The position numbers and the translations under genes are program-made. The notes beneath the pieces were generated by a model. It was not told the DNA's origin and did no database searches. It saw nothing but the letters and a program-made list of their open reading frames with translations. Below are positions 28,401-43,127 of a DNA stretch of 64,000 bases, in pieces. How positions within the stretch are numbered: position 1 is the stretch's first letter; every line of letters begins with the position of its first letter. Source of the DNA: Octopus vulgaris (Eukaryota); NCBI GenBank assembly GCA_951406725.2, contig OX597821.1, positions 27,590,001-27,654,000 on the forward strand. Reading direction: 5' to 3'.

Positions 28401-29998
28401 AGTCTACCACGGGTCACCACACAGGTACTTCTCAAGTCATCGACATACTGTACGCTGTGTAGATTGGGGAGAAAGATATTAAATGCTGCTCTTCGGAAAA
28501 CGTTTAGTTGGAGGGTTCATTGTGTAATATCAAGACAAGCATAGTGAGTCAGCTGGAAATTGTGAAAAGATCCAGTTATAAACGAATTAAACTTAACTCT
28601 GTAAGCAAATTACAAAATAAAGAATATCTATTCCTATTTTATTCTGTTCATTATCCTTACGTGTAGCATTTTCCGTTTAACGTACTGTAGGAATATACGA
28701 GCACATACCCATACGCATGGCAGACAGTGTAATAGAAATGAATAAAGTTTACTGAGATGGAAACGAAGATAGCCATTTCACTTTATATTACCTTCTACGT
28801 ATTAAGAAGAACTGAATTATAAATACCTACACGAAATTTATTACCCAATTTAATAAATATAAAGGAGCAGACCCTATTCGATATTGCAGTCCGTCATATA
28901 TAATACAAGGGAATCAACTATATATTTACTTAAACATTTTCACTCACACACGCACAGGCAAACACACACACACACGCACACACAAATATACACGCACACG
29001 CATGCACACACATGCGCGCGCAGACTATGTCCACAAAGACAAATCCATACATGTCATACATGTTTGCATATATACAGTATTTGAATTACGTAGTTTTTAT
29101 ATATTTTAAAGCTGGAATATCAGCTGCACATTGTATATCACAGCACTTATATGAAAATACGTTGATTAAACCGAAATAACCTCCAGAAATTCTCATTTAT
29201 ATGAAAGATATTACAACTAACATATTTATTGTATTAATAATTCTAAGACAGTTTATATTCACAAAAAAACCACATTTGTTTAACAGATTCTATAAGCATT
29301 ATTCATAATAATTCAAATTGTATATTGCCATTAAAGAAATAGAAAATGTGTATGATTAAGTGATTTGTTCAATGCGAATTTTAAAATAAACTATTTTTCC
29401 AGTATATAATTGCTTTCGTCGATATTGTCAAAATATTGATATTTTGCATTATCGGTCCCAATTTATACACGATACCTGATAATAATTGACCGTAAGACGG
29501 AAACAGGCACACAATTGTGTTTAAGTATACTCAAATATACAAATAAATGCAAGCGCACACATATATAGGTAGATATTTTCTTGCAGGGACATAAACTCAT
29601 AAAGTGGTCGATTGAAAGATTCCTTACAGCATAGAATAATATGCCATAAAATTTTCTACTCGAGATCCGTAAATAAAGTCTAAGACAGGCCCTGGAATGA
29701 ATTTAGTCAGTTTCCCTCCCTTACACACATTTTTACTGTTTCACATTATTTTGGTAATAACACTTTAACAAGGTAAGTGAAAGGTTCTACCAAATTTAGA
29801 ACGAGAAATCCAAACCATTTGTTACAGCGTCATTTCTACGGCCACAGTAGCACAAACGATCAAGTTTCGGCTGATATCCATGTGTGTCTGTACATGCAGA
29901 CACACACATATACATACGCACGCATTTATATAAATATTTGTGTGTGGGCATATATGTGGGTATGTGTGTGGGAATATATATATATATATATATACACA

Positions 29999-30187
29999 CT
30001 AGCAGTATAACCAGGCTTTACCTGGGATTAAGTTAGGGTTATTGACCTAATCAAGTTCTTTATTTGAAACCAAACTACGACGTCAAATTTGTGCGAAATC
30101 CGTTGAAATTGGTTTATGTATGTATGTATGTATGTATATAGACAACACGCACACTCACATAAAAACTACGTTTATAAACGGCTTAGA
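29999..30187 (-). mobile_element. Putative ~190-bp non-autonomous Helitron
   Basis: On the minus strand it starts A|TC at 30187 and ends CTAG|T at 29999. A hairpin ccagg-cttta-cctgg (30011-30025) sits 8 nt before the terminal CTAG. Internal (TATG)n. Confidence 0.55.
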
Positions 30188-30282
30188 TTATAATTAAATT
30201 AATATATAGTTAGTGTGTTGTTTTACCTCAGAACTCCTATATTAAATACTAATATATACCAATTCATCATTATTCACTGATA

Positions 30283-31573
30283 CGAGGGACGTTCAATACG
30301 TAATGCCTCTGACCAACTTGCAGTTGTTTGATCTAGCTAAAATGTTGCATGTGCAATTATTTATATCTCTATAGATTAAGAGGCAAATTACAGTTCTGAA
30401 CACATTGTGATTTATGATTTACAGGTGTTTGAACTGAGTCAAGTGCGAAATAGAGCATGTTGATTGACGAGCAGTGATCCGGTTTTTGTATTTGAAAGGA
30501 CGTACACCACGGGATACATTTGAATTAATAAAAGTAACTTATGGTGATGATGCCCCATCATATGACCTTGTAAAACGCTGGTATCGTGAATTCAAACATA
30601 GTCGGTCTCTGTGGAAACAGTTCCCAGATCTGGTAGCCCCCCTTCTGCCATTGATGAGGCATCTGTCCGTCAAGTTAAAGCTGCCATTTTGGAAGATCGA
30701 CGCATAACTATTCGCCAAATAGCCCATGGGGTCAAGATTAATACCGGGTCTGTGGAAACTATCATTCATGACCACTTGCATATGCAAAAGGTATCTGCCA
30801 GAGGGATTCCCAGGCTGCTCACACCTTTCCAGAAGCAAGAACGCGTCGAGTGCTCGAGGATGAATTTGGAGATGTGCCAAGAAGATGAGTCAAAATTTTT
30901 CAATAGACTGATTACACAGGATGAAACCTGGGTCCATCACTATGATTCAGAGACCAAAGCCCAGTCAATGCAGTGGAAGCACCGTGACTCACCTCCTCCA
31001 AAGAAGGCAAGGGTGTAGCCCTCCGGTGGCAAGGTCATGCTCACAGTCTTCTGGGACCAGGACGGAGTAGTGATGACAGATTTCCTGGCAAAGGGTACGA
31101 CAATTACACGAGCCTATTATGCTTCACTTTTGACGAAATTAAGAGAAGCTATCAAAATCAAGAGGCGGGGGCAAGATCAGCAAAGGCATCCTCCTCCTGC
31201 AGGACAACGCTCCGGTCCACAGCACGCGTGTCACCAGATCAAAATCACAGGTGTGCGGTTATGAACCTCCTCCCCATCCCCCTACTCTCCCGGCCTTGCA
31301 CCCTCTGATTTTCACCTCTTCCCAGCCATGAAGTTATTTTTGAAAAGAAAGCGTTTCCCAGATGATGCAGCCTTGATTTCTGAAGCCACGTCGTGCTTGG
31401 AGGACCAAGCTGGGGTTTTCTAAAAAACGGTCTCCAGAGCTGCATCAAACAATGGGAGAGATGCGTAACTCTGGGTGGTTTCTATGTACACAAAGACTAA
31501 TAACTGTGCCACGTTTCGTTGCTCTACTGCTATGGGAAGTGGGTCAGGGGCATTACTTATTGAACGCCACTCG
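30283..31573 (+). mobile_element. Full-length mariner (DD34D-type) transposon with inactivated transposase
   Basis: TA|CGAGGGACGTTCAATACGTAATGCC...GGCATTACTTATTGAACGCCACTCG|TA gives imperfect TIRs and a TA TSD. Motifs: IRFLYLKG, SARGIPRLLT, ITQDETWVHHYD, LQDNAPVH, PYSPGLAPSDFHLF. Frameshifts and stops are present. Confidence 0.93.
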
Positions 31574-32479
31574 TACCATATGATAAAGTTAGTATTACAG
31601 TTTATAATATGTATACATATTAAACTATTTCTTAATAATTTTTTTTCCTCCCTCTATTATGGTAAAGTTTGGTATATACTCAAAAGTATTCTTAAAACAT
31701 TTTATGCTTTTGTTATAATTATTCTCCTTAATAATCCTTTGAAAAACTATAAACTTTAACTTTATACAATATACCAATATTGCTTAAAATATTAACTGTA
31801 ATACTACATGATAAGATTCACCGTTTCATTATCAATGGTCTGCTAGTGGCCAACCTCCTTAATTGTCAGCTACCATCTTGATTTAAGTTTTTCTTTACCA
31901 AAACTCATGATATTGCTTCAAATAAATCTTGATTTTTATGACTATACCCACTGGGATTTCTGTCGACTCCCTCAGCCCTACCCCTAACAGACACTGCCCC
32001 TGTTATCACGGCCTCAGATATACAAGGGTGCATTCTTAGATATACAAGACTTTGATAAAACTAGTCTATAAATTAAAACTGACCCCTTAAATAATTATAA
32101 ACAAAATCTGCAACATGTTTTTCTTCCTGATACCTTAGTAGCTTCTAAGTGGAAGTCAAAAGCAACATGTTCTTTGTCTATCTCCTTAAATTCGTGGAGA
32201 TTTAAGGTAAAATTCTACTAATGTATCCATCTGTTTTAATTTGATCAAATTCTATGTCTTTGTGCAGCTGAGGATTGCACTGCATTTAAATTGATGTAAT
32301 GTTGGCATTGTTCAATTAAATGGAGTTGTGTAAAACCATCGTACAGCATTACCTTCGGCTATTCTTGTTGGTTATTTTGATTCTAATTACCTTAGTTTGA
32401 AATTGTATGAATAGTACCATATTCATCTGAATCTAAATTTTGGCTGAACTCATATATGTATATATATATATATATATAT

Positions 32480-33546
32480 TGTTACGGGACCTCCGAAAGT
32501 TGCTACGGAATCCCACCTGCCGTCGCTCGAAATTCGAACCCGGGATCCCAACAAGTCGAGCGACGACGATTGACCAGGCCCGATCGATCGCGAAATTTCG
32601 CCACGGAACTCGGAGAGGAGAGAGATAACAACAACAACTACAGCAGCAGGAAGAGACACAGAGAGACAAAGAAACACAGTGTTAGGCAATTGGCTTACAT
32701 TTAACCTACTAGTTTATAACACTTTATAATTGTTACAACATCAAATACATTTAGATACATATCAGGTACATCAAAGAGGAAATACATTCAAGAAACAACA
32801 CATCAAAGCAATATAACAACAGCATTTAAAGAAAACAACAAATCAATACAGGTATACAACAGATCACAGCATTCGGGTTCAATAACGGTTCCGATTGATG
32901 CAATATACAGTCCGGAGACAACAGTTCTGTTTCAAATCACATTCACATTACAGTTCAGAGGACAATTAACACATATACGTTCAATGTTCATTAAATACTA
33001 CAACAGAGTCTCTCTCTTTCTTTAACAGTTCTGTAACACAATGTTCATTTCTTTTACATTTCAATACATCGATTCTTTTTCCTTCTTTTTCTTCACATAT
33101 CAAAACATACAATTAACACATACCGTTAAATCAGCCAATGCTTCACATTGTAGTCCATCTCTATTAGCTGCCTAATCCTCTGTATATCTCTCTCTGTCAC
33201 AGCAGAACAAGCCATTACTAACTCGCTGTACAATCCCAACTGTTCACTATCTCATGACTGTCTTCCTGTCATCTCTCAGTACACTGTCACCAGCAGAACA
33301 GCCACTGCTAAATCCAAACTGCCAACTGCTTGCCCTGAATCCCAAATGCCGACTGCTCTTACAGCTCAAGCTTCCTCCCTTTTAAGGGGTATCTACAACG
33401 AACTTTCCCTGACCTGCACAAGGACAGAGGTCCCCTAAAAGCTCATTACTCTTTCTAAAACAAAGGACTATAACTTTGTATTCCAGACTTTCAGACTCCA
33501 CCCCAAGCAAAGTAGGTCAAGAAGTACTGTACCAGCTGAACTATTC

Positions 33547-33552
<6 letters not shown>
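32480..33552 (-). mobile_element. Probable solo LTR (~1.07 kb) in a (TA)n tract
   Basis: Ends TGTT...AACA with ATAT on both sides and no coding content. Orientation is inferred from a TTAAA box followed by a CAGT initiator-like sequence on the minus strand near 33.38 kb. Confidence 0.65.
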
Positions 33553-33611
<59 letters not shown>

Positions 33612-34269
33612 GATAAGAAAATAGAGATGTACTTATTTATTAATTCAAAAATTGACAAACATCCCTTACGTATGTTTCAATTCCAGACCTTCCGAAAATT
33701 AATTAATGAAATTAAATATTCTTTGAAAGTCAAATGATTTCAGAGGTAGTTTAAGATACACAGTGTAGGTGTTCCATTATTGCATGTTGTGTAAACGGTT
33801 GCAAACCGTTAACTGGTGAGATTTATGCAGAAACAACATCATATAAAACATAGTATAGAAATGGGAGTAAAGTATGAATATTGGAATTGTAAAGTAAGAA
33901 TAGAACACTATATTTATCTAAAGTTTTAAGTATAAGAAACATTTAAGTATATATATTTGGTAAAAATGTTATATTGTGATATTACGTCCATCTGCATTAA
34001 ATCAATAGAAAATTAGTATTCAAGTGTGTATATTATTATTAATATTGAATAAAGGTGTATAAAGGGTGAACATTTCTATATGCTACGTTGGATACATTGG
34101 TCGTTCGTCTGGTATGTTGATTTCGTCCATTAATTGTAAATCTTGTGTACTGAGGAGTAAAAAGTGCATTACTACATTAATTATGAAATCACGGTGATAT
34201 GCAGCTAAATCATGTTTTCATATGACTTGCTTCGAGAGTTGCATTCGGTACGATGTGTTTATTTATTTT

Positions 34270-34342
<73 letters not shown>

Positions 34343-34448
34343 AGTGAAATAAACTACAGAAGGCTTGTTTTATAAGGTTAAAGAATATATTTAAGTCGTT
34401 ATGTTAGAAGAATGTTATAAAATTTTTCATATAGTAACATAGTTTTTG

Positions 34449-34487
34449 AAGAAATTACCGGTTTCGTGTTAACTTTTCAAATTTCTT
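34449..34487 (-). ncRNA. Minimal type I hammerhead motif, U3-A8 core variant
   Basis: Minus strand: aagaaat TTGAAAA gt-taac-ac GAAA CCGG TA atttctt. Perfect 7-bp stem I and a GUA cleavage triplet. Confidence 0.65.
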
Positions 34488-35041
34488 AAATGTTTTTACC
34501 TACATCGTGTCATGTCTTCGTTATGCAGTACAAAGAAGAGTTCCAGGCAGGGGGAGGTAATAAGCGATTTCTTCCGGTATAAGGGAGATAATCACTTTAT
34601 ATTTCTTTTCCCTTTATCTAATGGGGAGAGTTTCTCTGTATAAGAATGTTCGAGTGGTTAAGTTAGGGTTTATATTTTTCAATGAAGAATGTTTCCTTGT
34701 TTAATCTAATTTGTGTTGGTATTCCAATAGCACATTGATAGAATGAAAATATTAAGAATTGTGTTAGTAGTTGCTTTGCGCATTTCTCAATATGCTCACT
34801 AAAGGGTATCATTCTGTACTCTGGGAATGCAATCTGTTGTCGATGCAGAGAGATATTGTGTTTTGTAATATATAACATATATCGTGTCTATGAAATAGCT
34901 TTACAATTTTCAAACTTCCGAACTTCAAAGTGTAAAGATAAATTATCGCCTCCCACTTTCACATATATACTGTCTATAAAGGAAATGGGCAATACGTTTT
35001 TCTATTTGGGCTATATCTTCTTCCATTCTGCGTGTGTGCAT

Positions 35042-35142
<101 letters not shown>

Positions 35143-35412
35143 TGTGCATATATATAAATGGCGGTGTCGTTTAGCTGAAACTAGATAAAATAAAAAAATA
35201 AAAAATATATATTGATAGATAGATAGATAGATACATACATACATATATACATGCATACATACATACCTACATACTTACATACATACATGCATAAATGCAT
35301 ATATGTATGTATGTATATACCTATGTTGGTGTGCATTGATTTATATATATATATATACATACTATGCACGTAACTGTATGTATGCTATGTGTGTGTTGTA
35401 TGTGTGCGTGTC

Positions 35413-35474
<62 letters not shown>

Positions 35475-36345
35475 AAGCATGTAAGCCGTACAGTTTCTTT
35501 CTAGTAAGGTATATAAATTATCTCTAGTTATAGAAAAAAAGCAGCTGCTAAGTGAGAAGGGTGGAAACCAAAATAATTTGGATGCATAGCTGTTCCTTAT
35601 ATTAAACATTGGAGATAAGGAAGATTACGCACATACCTATTGTCAAATTATTAAGTCTGTTGAAGTTTTACTTTACATTAAAAATTGGTAGGCACTATTT
35701 AAAATTATTCTTTTATATCGTATCGGTACACTTGTTTCAAGTTTTACATTTGAGGTTAGTTCGAATGATATAACGAAATTTATTTAAATATTCTGCACCT
35801 GCGAATATACGCTTTCAGAATATATCTTTAGTTCATAATATTCATATGTAAGACGAGAGATAACGTTCTCACTAAAATTGTGCGTTTCGTTTGCATATGT
35901 TGGACCTCTGTTATAGGACTATAATAATAACATCGTAAAATACCTTAGGAATGAGAACCCAGGTTCGTAATTTCCCCAAGACACCTAATGATACACATTT
36001 TTAATACGTCTCCACACAACCTCATAATGATTTCGTAAATAATTTATTTGATTGCCTAAATCAACACTTTTAAAGTGTGTGTATCCTTTGCAAATATATT
36101 TAGTTTACGGTATATATACACAATTGTTGTTCTTTAGTTTTTATTGTAGAGCATAGCATGGGATATTAATGCGTTCCGTATTCACATGCCTTCGAAGGAT
36201 CACACAGAACCCGTTCGTTGGAATTAAGTGGGTAAGGGACTGTATGATGTTATTAGATTTTCTTCACTTGTGTTTTCCGGCGATAGATACAGAGACGATA
36301 GTCATAGTTCATATTAAAAGAATTATTTTCGAGATACATTCTTAT

Positions 36346-36412
<67 letters not shown>

Positions 36413-36413
<1 letters not shown>

Positions 36414-36578
36414 TGTGCACAGTGCTCAGGTGCACTACAACTCATCTAAAGTGTATATACAATCAGGTGTAGTTTCGGCGGATTTCAGAAAGCATGAGGG
36501 CCTTAAAGGATGCAGTGTCATGGCAGTCAACAACTGACGCAGGCAGTTTATTCCATGCTTCAGCAACTCTGAGCATGA
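36413..36578 (-). mobile_element. Short CR1-like LINE 3' end with (ATT)n tail
   Basis: Minus strand translates LRVAEAWNKLPASVV...TASFK, followed by a UTR and (ATT)n at 36347-36413. Confidence 0.7.
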
Positions 36579-36817
36579 TGAAAAGTCTGTCAGACTGATA
36601 CCAAATTTTAAACTATATTTTCCATACTATTCTATACTGCATTTTCTATTTAGCACCTATTTGAGTCAAAGGTATTTAAAAGGTTGCAACATGCAACGAA
36701 AATTTTAGGAAATTATTTTAGGAAAATAAAAAGAAATAAGTGGAAATTTTACCGGTGAGTATGTTAAATTAAGGCACAAAAAGAAAATGACTCTCCCCAT
36801 ATATGTATATATATATG

Positions 36818-36899
<82 letters not shown>

Positions 36900-37402
36900 A
36901 GCTACATCAAATATTCTATCGTTGATGGCCCCCATCTTTTAATATAACATCGCATTAATGATAAGTTCGGATAGCGAATTTCTGGCAAAATAGTCTATTC
37001 AATTCTTCTGCCTTCTACTTCTGCTAACACAGTCGCTACGCAATTTTTGTCTAACAACACGTAGTCTATTTACCTCGTGATCCTCTGTACTTATAGATGC
37101 TCTAGCAACACACCACCTATTTTCTTTTGTTTGCAGTTTTCCATATAGACTCACACACCCTTCAAATGTGGGATAAGCTTGCATGTCTATTGCAAGGCAT
37201 TCTGTCTTGTTCTTCCATCAAACTCTAGCTTCTCAATATGTGGTTTAGAGCAATTGCTCCTCGCATTCTCACCCCCCCCCCCCCACCATTTATTCGCGAG
37301 TGAGATTCCTTTTCCCTTTCCGATTCCTCTTTCTTTTACCTTCCTCCTCCTGCTTTTCTTGCCCTGCAAATAAATTTGTGGTCTCGGGAGTGGTGGTGGC
37401 AC

Positions 37403-37441
<39 letters not shown>

Positions 37442-37598
37442 CATATATATATATGTGTGTGTATAGATATATATATGTATATATATATATATATATATAT
37501 GTAGTTATATATATGTATGTATATATATATATATTTATGTATATATATATGTGTGTGTATATATATACATAATTATATACATATATTTTTATAAATAC

Positions 37599-37643
<45 letters not shown>

Positions 37644-38247
37644 CGTTGCATTGCTTAATGTATGTATGTATGTATGTATGTATTATTTATATACGCATGT
37701 ACTCTATTGCTTATTTCAATGATTGTTTACCTGAAAGCGACTACTATATCAAATAAATTGACTGCACTTTTAGTCGCATTTACTTATATTTAAAATGGTG
37801 TTATACCAGAGAAATGGTATGAAAATTGCGGGGAAAAGTATAACTACAATATAGTATGGGATTTCTATATTAAAAAAAAACGTCTTCGCACACTATTCAA
37901 CCCAGATATTGTAAAATCCCATTCAGCCAAAATAAATACATAGCAATGTAACATAATGGACATTGCATGTGGTAGTCGAAAGGCTGTCACTGAAATTGAG
38001 AAATAGTCAGTGAGATAAAGAGATTGTCGAAGCCTAAGATGGCAAATTTTGCTTTAGTAATTCGAACACTAGCCATAATCTGCTGCGTTAGACACTGAGA
38101 GATAGTGGAATTTAGACTGGCATTATTGACTTGTAGGAAATATTCAATCAGGTATTCCTCAAAACCTTAAGGAAGAATCTTGGTAGTTGAGGATACTAGT
38201 CAAAAACCGTCAAGACAACAGCAGTACTAGCTCATATACGGTGTAAT

Positions 38248-38312
<65 letters not shown>

Positions 38313-38499
38313 ATGATAATAATAATAATAATAACAACAACAATAATAATTATAATGACGATGATAATGATATTTCAAACTTTGATACACGGCCACAATT
38401 TCGAATGCGGGGTAAATCGATTACATTAGTCCCTGTACTCAAGTGGTACTTATTCTATCGAATACGAAGGGATGAAAGCTAAATTCGACCGAGGCGGAT

Positions 38500-39706
38500 G
38501 GGGATACAACTGTTACCGCAAAACAATCAGCCACCTCTTATATATGAATGACCAAAAACCGTACGCTACAAATGACAAGCAGCTGGAAACATTACTACAG
38601 ACAGTACATGGGTTTCCCAAAGAAATAAATATGAAATTTGGCTTAGAAAAATGTGCCAAAGCCGCTTTGAAAACAGGAAAACTAGTTAAGAGTAGCAACA
38701 TCACGCTAGATAAAGCAAATGAAATAAGAGAATTAAACCAAAGCCAGACATACAAATATTTAGGAATCAGTGAACCAGATGCGATACAACACACACAAAA
38801 GAAAGACAAAACTGTAGACGAGTTAATACTGAACAAAATGTCATAGCGACAAACAAGATAATAGGCATCAACACTCTAGCCGTCCCAGTTACAAGTTACA
38901 GCAATGATATCCTCAACTAGACACTAAATGAACTAACCAAAATACATAGGAAAACCAAAAACATAATGACAGGATGTATGATGTACCACTTAAAATCTGA
39001 CATATAGAAGGTGGTAGAGGCCACATATAGCTAGAAAACTATTACAAATAAACCGCCATATGACTTCAAAAATATCAACTTCAAAACCAAGGAAAACTAA
39101 TACAAGGATCCACAAAACACGAACAAGAAAACTGTTTTCAGTCGTCACCGACACGACAAGTTTGGGGCCTACATACACGGGAATCTATACCAACATTATG
39201 GAATAAAAAAAGAAAAAAGATGGTATAAGCTCACGCCAGAAAAGTTCTCAGAAAATGTGAAAGCAACCATACTATGGGATATGCCAATACACACAGGCAG
39301 AGAAATTAAGGTCAATAGGACAGATACAGTTGTCAGAGATCATGAAGAAAAAATGCTTCATACTTTATGTATCAATACCAACAGATGACAACCTTTCTCT
39401 AAAAGAAATGGAGAGACTTTCAAAATAGAAGCATCTGGAAATACACGTAACTCGAATGTGGAGTCTAAAAATAGAAACAATTCCTATCATAGTGGGCACG
39501 TTAGGTATGATAAAAAAAATATTCAGACAAATACATAACGAATACACCAGAACTAACAAATATATATAACATTCAGAAAACAGCACTACGTAAAACATTT
39601 TCAATACAGTAACCATAAGAGCATCACAGCAAACCACAGCATGTACCCAAGGCACACAGAGCTGTGCTCAGTAGTGAAAGTACGTAACAAAAATCAGACT
39701 ACTGCA
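38500..39706 (+). mobile_element. Decayed, internally deleted copy of the R4/Dong-type LINE at 13.6 kb
   Basis: RT motifs ISHLLYMND and INMKFGLEKCA, plus YKYLGI. 39140-39700 aligns by eye with 14070-14665. Ends in (TAA)n. Confidence 0.88.
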
Positions 39707-39805
39707 TAATAATAATAATAATAATAATAATAAAACTAATAATAATAATAATAAAAATAATAATAATAATTATAAAATTATAATAATAATAATAATAATA
39801 ATAAT

Positions 39806-39842
<37 letters not shown>

Positions 39843-39961
39843 GTAATCAAGACGAATTGCGCGATTCGATTGTAAGTTATTTTATTGAACGATACTTCAA
39901 CAGTCGCGTTCTTCGTCTTGACTGTTTACATTTGTGAAGAGTCACGTCAATCCTTTTTTAA

Positions 39962-40105
<144 letters not shown>

Positions 40106-40470
40106 AACCCAAAATGTTTATTTTCTCATACTAAAATATATTATGACATCAATGCCAAATGGTTTACTCGTCAATGTATAAATAATGAAATGAATTTATT
40201 GGATAAGTATGATGGCTGTAAATGCCGAACACGTTTACAACACCATTATGCAGACAAGTGGATGAGGTCTATAAATCTGTTTCCAGTATCATGCCACTCA
40301 TCGGAAAGCGCTGCCTCATATAACTGCCACTGCGAAATTGTGTTTAAAATGTATCGTTAGTACATTTAGAACTGTTATGATGTAAACCGATTTGGATATT
40401 TGGTTATACTATATTGTAACAATAGTGTTTAATATTTTAATATTTATGTCGTTGAACTAGTCGTGAGTCA

Positions 40471-40700
40471 AGGCGCGTGTCTTAGTGGCTAGAGTGTTGG
40501 ACTCATGATCATAACTTTGTGGTTTCGTTTCCTGGACCGATCGATGCGTTGTGTTCTTGAGCACAACACTTCATTACACGTTGCTCCAGTCCACTCAGGT
40601 GGCAAAAATGAGTTATCCCACGATGGATCGGCATCCCGCCAGATGGGGAATATATAGGCCACTGAAATTGGAAAACCGGCCCTTATGAGGATAGGAAACG
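40471..40700 (+). mobile_element. tRNA-derived SINE (second family)
   Basis: ggcgcgtgtcttagtggctagagtgttggactca...gtggtttcgtttcc head, then gtgttcttgagcacaacactt. A related minus-strand copy lies at ~49205-49500. Confidence 0.7.
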
Positions 40701-41669
40701 TTATTATTAGTTGATGACAGACGAACCTTAATGCCTTAGAAGTGGACATTTGAATGTTTATAATTATGGCATGTAAAATTATTCTTTATCTTAGGTATGT
40801 CATATTTTACCCTATGGATTAATATATAGGCCTGACAAAATATTTAAATACTCATACGTAAGTGTTATATTGCACAGGTAACATTAAAGTCGCTCCATAT
40901 CATCTAGAATTAACTCGATTACTATTTTCCTTTTGGCATTTTGTTATTTTGCTAATTTATGACAAATCATGCACGATAAGTAGTTGTATTACATGACACG
41001 ATGTTATTGTTGAATGCTGACAACCATATTCATATATATATCTGTTTTGTATATATCTGTTTTATCTTGAAGGGACATGAAAAACACAAATTGTGGGCCT
41101 AATGTAAGTGAAATTTGTTGGCTAAGTTTTAAAAACCTACTTATTTTAAAAATCTGGAAAAGTTAGACTAAAAAGGATACAGTAGTACGACTCGGTGTAT
41201 GATTTGTAAAGGGAACTGACAACATTTATAATCGAAATCGTTTTCCCAAGGCGGTATTGATTTTACGTTTATTGAAGACGTACGACTAAAACTGAATTAT
41301 CTTAATTTAATCATTATTTTCAATTAGAAAGGTCGCATATATCTTTCTTACTATTGATATACTCGGTGCAGAAAATGCTTTTGACTTTTATTTTGTTTCA
41401 TATTTTGTAACTGTGGACTGTGTATGGATAGAACAACAGAAATTCCGTGGCAATAATGTTTGATGAAAATCTGCCTGTAAATATATAAACACAAATGCCT
41501 ATAAACATATAGGTACATACATATTACTCGTGTATACTCATGTATGCACACACGCAGACGCACACACTCACAAACATATCTATAATAATAAATGGCAAGA
41601 TTCTGTGTTTCTGAGATGTGCATAAACAGATATCTTATTAACGATAATTTATTATCGGGTACCTCAGTT

Positions 41670-41749
<80 letters not shown>

Positions 41750-41802
41750 TGTATGTATGTGAGTGTGTGTATTAAGGGAAAATCAAGTTTACAACTTAAA
41801 GA

Positions 41803-42239
41803 GGATCTTTCCGGTTTGAACTGCAGTTTTTTCTAGCGGTGTCATATGAAATTGTCACCCATAATTATGACCCTAGTATTGAGCTATTGCATTTCAATCT
41901 ATTTTAGGGTTAGGGTTAGTTAAGGTTAAGGTTAGGGTTAGGGTAGGTATGAGAGGAAGGGTATTTTTTCTTCACAAATGTGAATATACCCAATCTGTTT
42001 CTTAAACGAGGGACATATTCATACGGCACAGAATGTTTTTTACTCAATAGACGTCAGCGATTGGTTGAAATTGCAGAAATTGAAGAAAAAACAACAAATA
42101 TCTTACAAACTATAGAATTTTCTCAATAAAGCCAAGAGAAAAATATGTTTTATAAACACATTCTACCAGTATATGAAGTTTAAAATTTTTTAGTTACCTA
42201 CAAATTATGTTAAAACTGTCGTTCAAACCGAAAATATCC
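41803..42239 (+). mobile_element. MITE (GGATCTTTTCGG TIR family)
   Basis: TIRs, TSD cttaaaga/cttaaagg, internal TTAGGG-like array. Confidence 0.9.
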
Positions 42240-42930
42240 CTTAAAGGTAATTTAAACTTAACTTCCCCGAGAAGGCATTTCCCCTCTCAAGGCAGAATGA
42301 ACGACTGTTAACTCCTCCGAGGCTATCTCACAGACCTTGATGAAATTTGACATGTGTGAGAGGCTTATGCCCTTGCAGTCACTTACGCACTTGGAATTTT
42401 AAGAAAATTGATTTTTAATCAGCATCGATTTTTCAAAAATCGTAAAATTTTGGCATTTTTCGAACTAGCCATCGTGTCATCAATTTGACGAAATATGTTT
42501 CATGTGTATAAACAGACAGCTTATTAAAGGTAATCTATTTAGTAATTGCTAATTATTCATTCCAATGCGAATTGTTTCGATTTGCTAAAACATATTATTT
42601 CAAATCGCTGTTTGAATTTCCCAGCGTTTCAGGTTTTGATTAGGGAAGAGTATTCTATTTCTCAAGCAAAATTTAGGCATTTTGCTCACTAGCCGTCGTG
42701 ACATCAATTTGACGAAATCTGTCCCAAACCGCAAAATTTCGCTATTTTACGCACACGCATATAAATGACGACGACACGAGTTCGCTACCAGATTCTGCTA
42801 ATTTTTTCGTCAAATTAGTCCTACCCATTAATATAGATCCGAAAGTTTGACGAAAAATGTTTCATGCGCGTGTACCGTTGGCGATTTTGTTTCCTCTGTC
42901 TTCCCTTCCCTGGATCTTTCCTTTTCCTAT

Positions 42931-42965
42931 GTTTCTGACGAAGAGCTCCGCTCGTAACGTAAAAC
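42931..42965 (+). ncRNA. Ultra-minimal hammerhead-like motif (GAAA mutated to GTAA)
   Basis: gttt CTGACGA a gagc-tcc-gctc GTAA cg TA aaac. Confidence 0.55.
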
Positions 42966-43064
42966 CCTCCTTCTTCCCTTCCTTCCTGAGCGTCCAATAA
43001 TACTATATTTGTTTCACATCCTCGCGTTGTTGTGTTTTCTCTTTGTGTTTTCATGTTTGGATTA

Positions 43065-43127
<63 letters not shown>

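Noticed and set aside
41906-41946. Telomere or chromosome-fusion relic (TTAGGG)n
   Set aside because: Short, and internal to the MITE in every copy.
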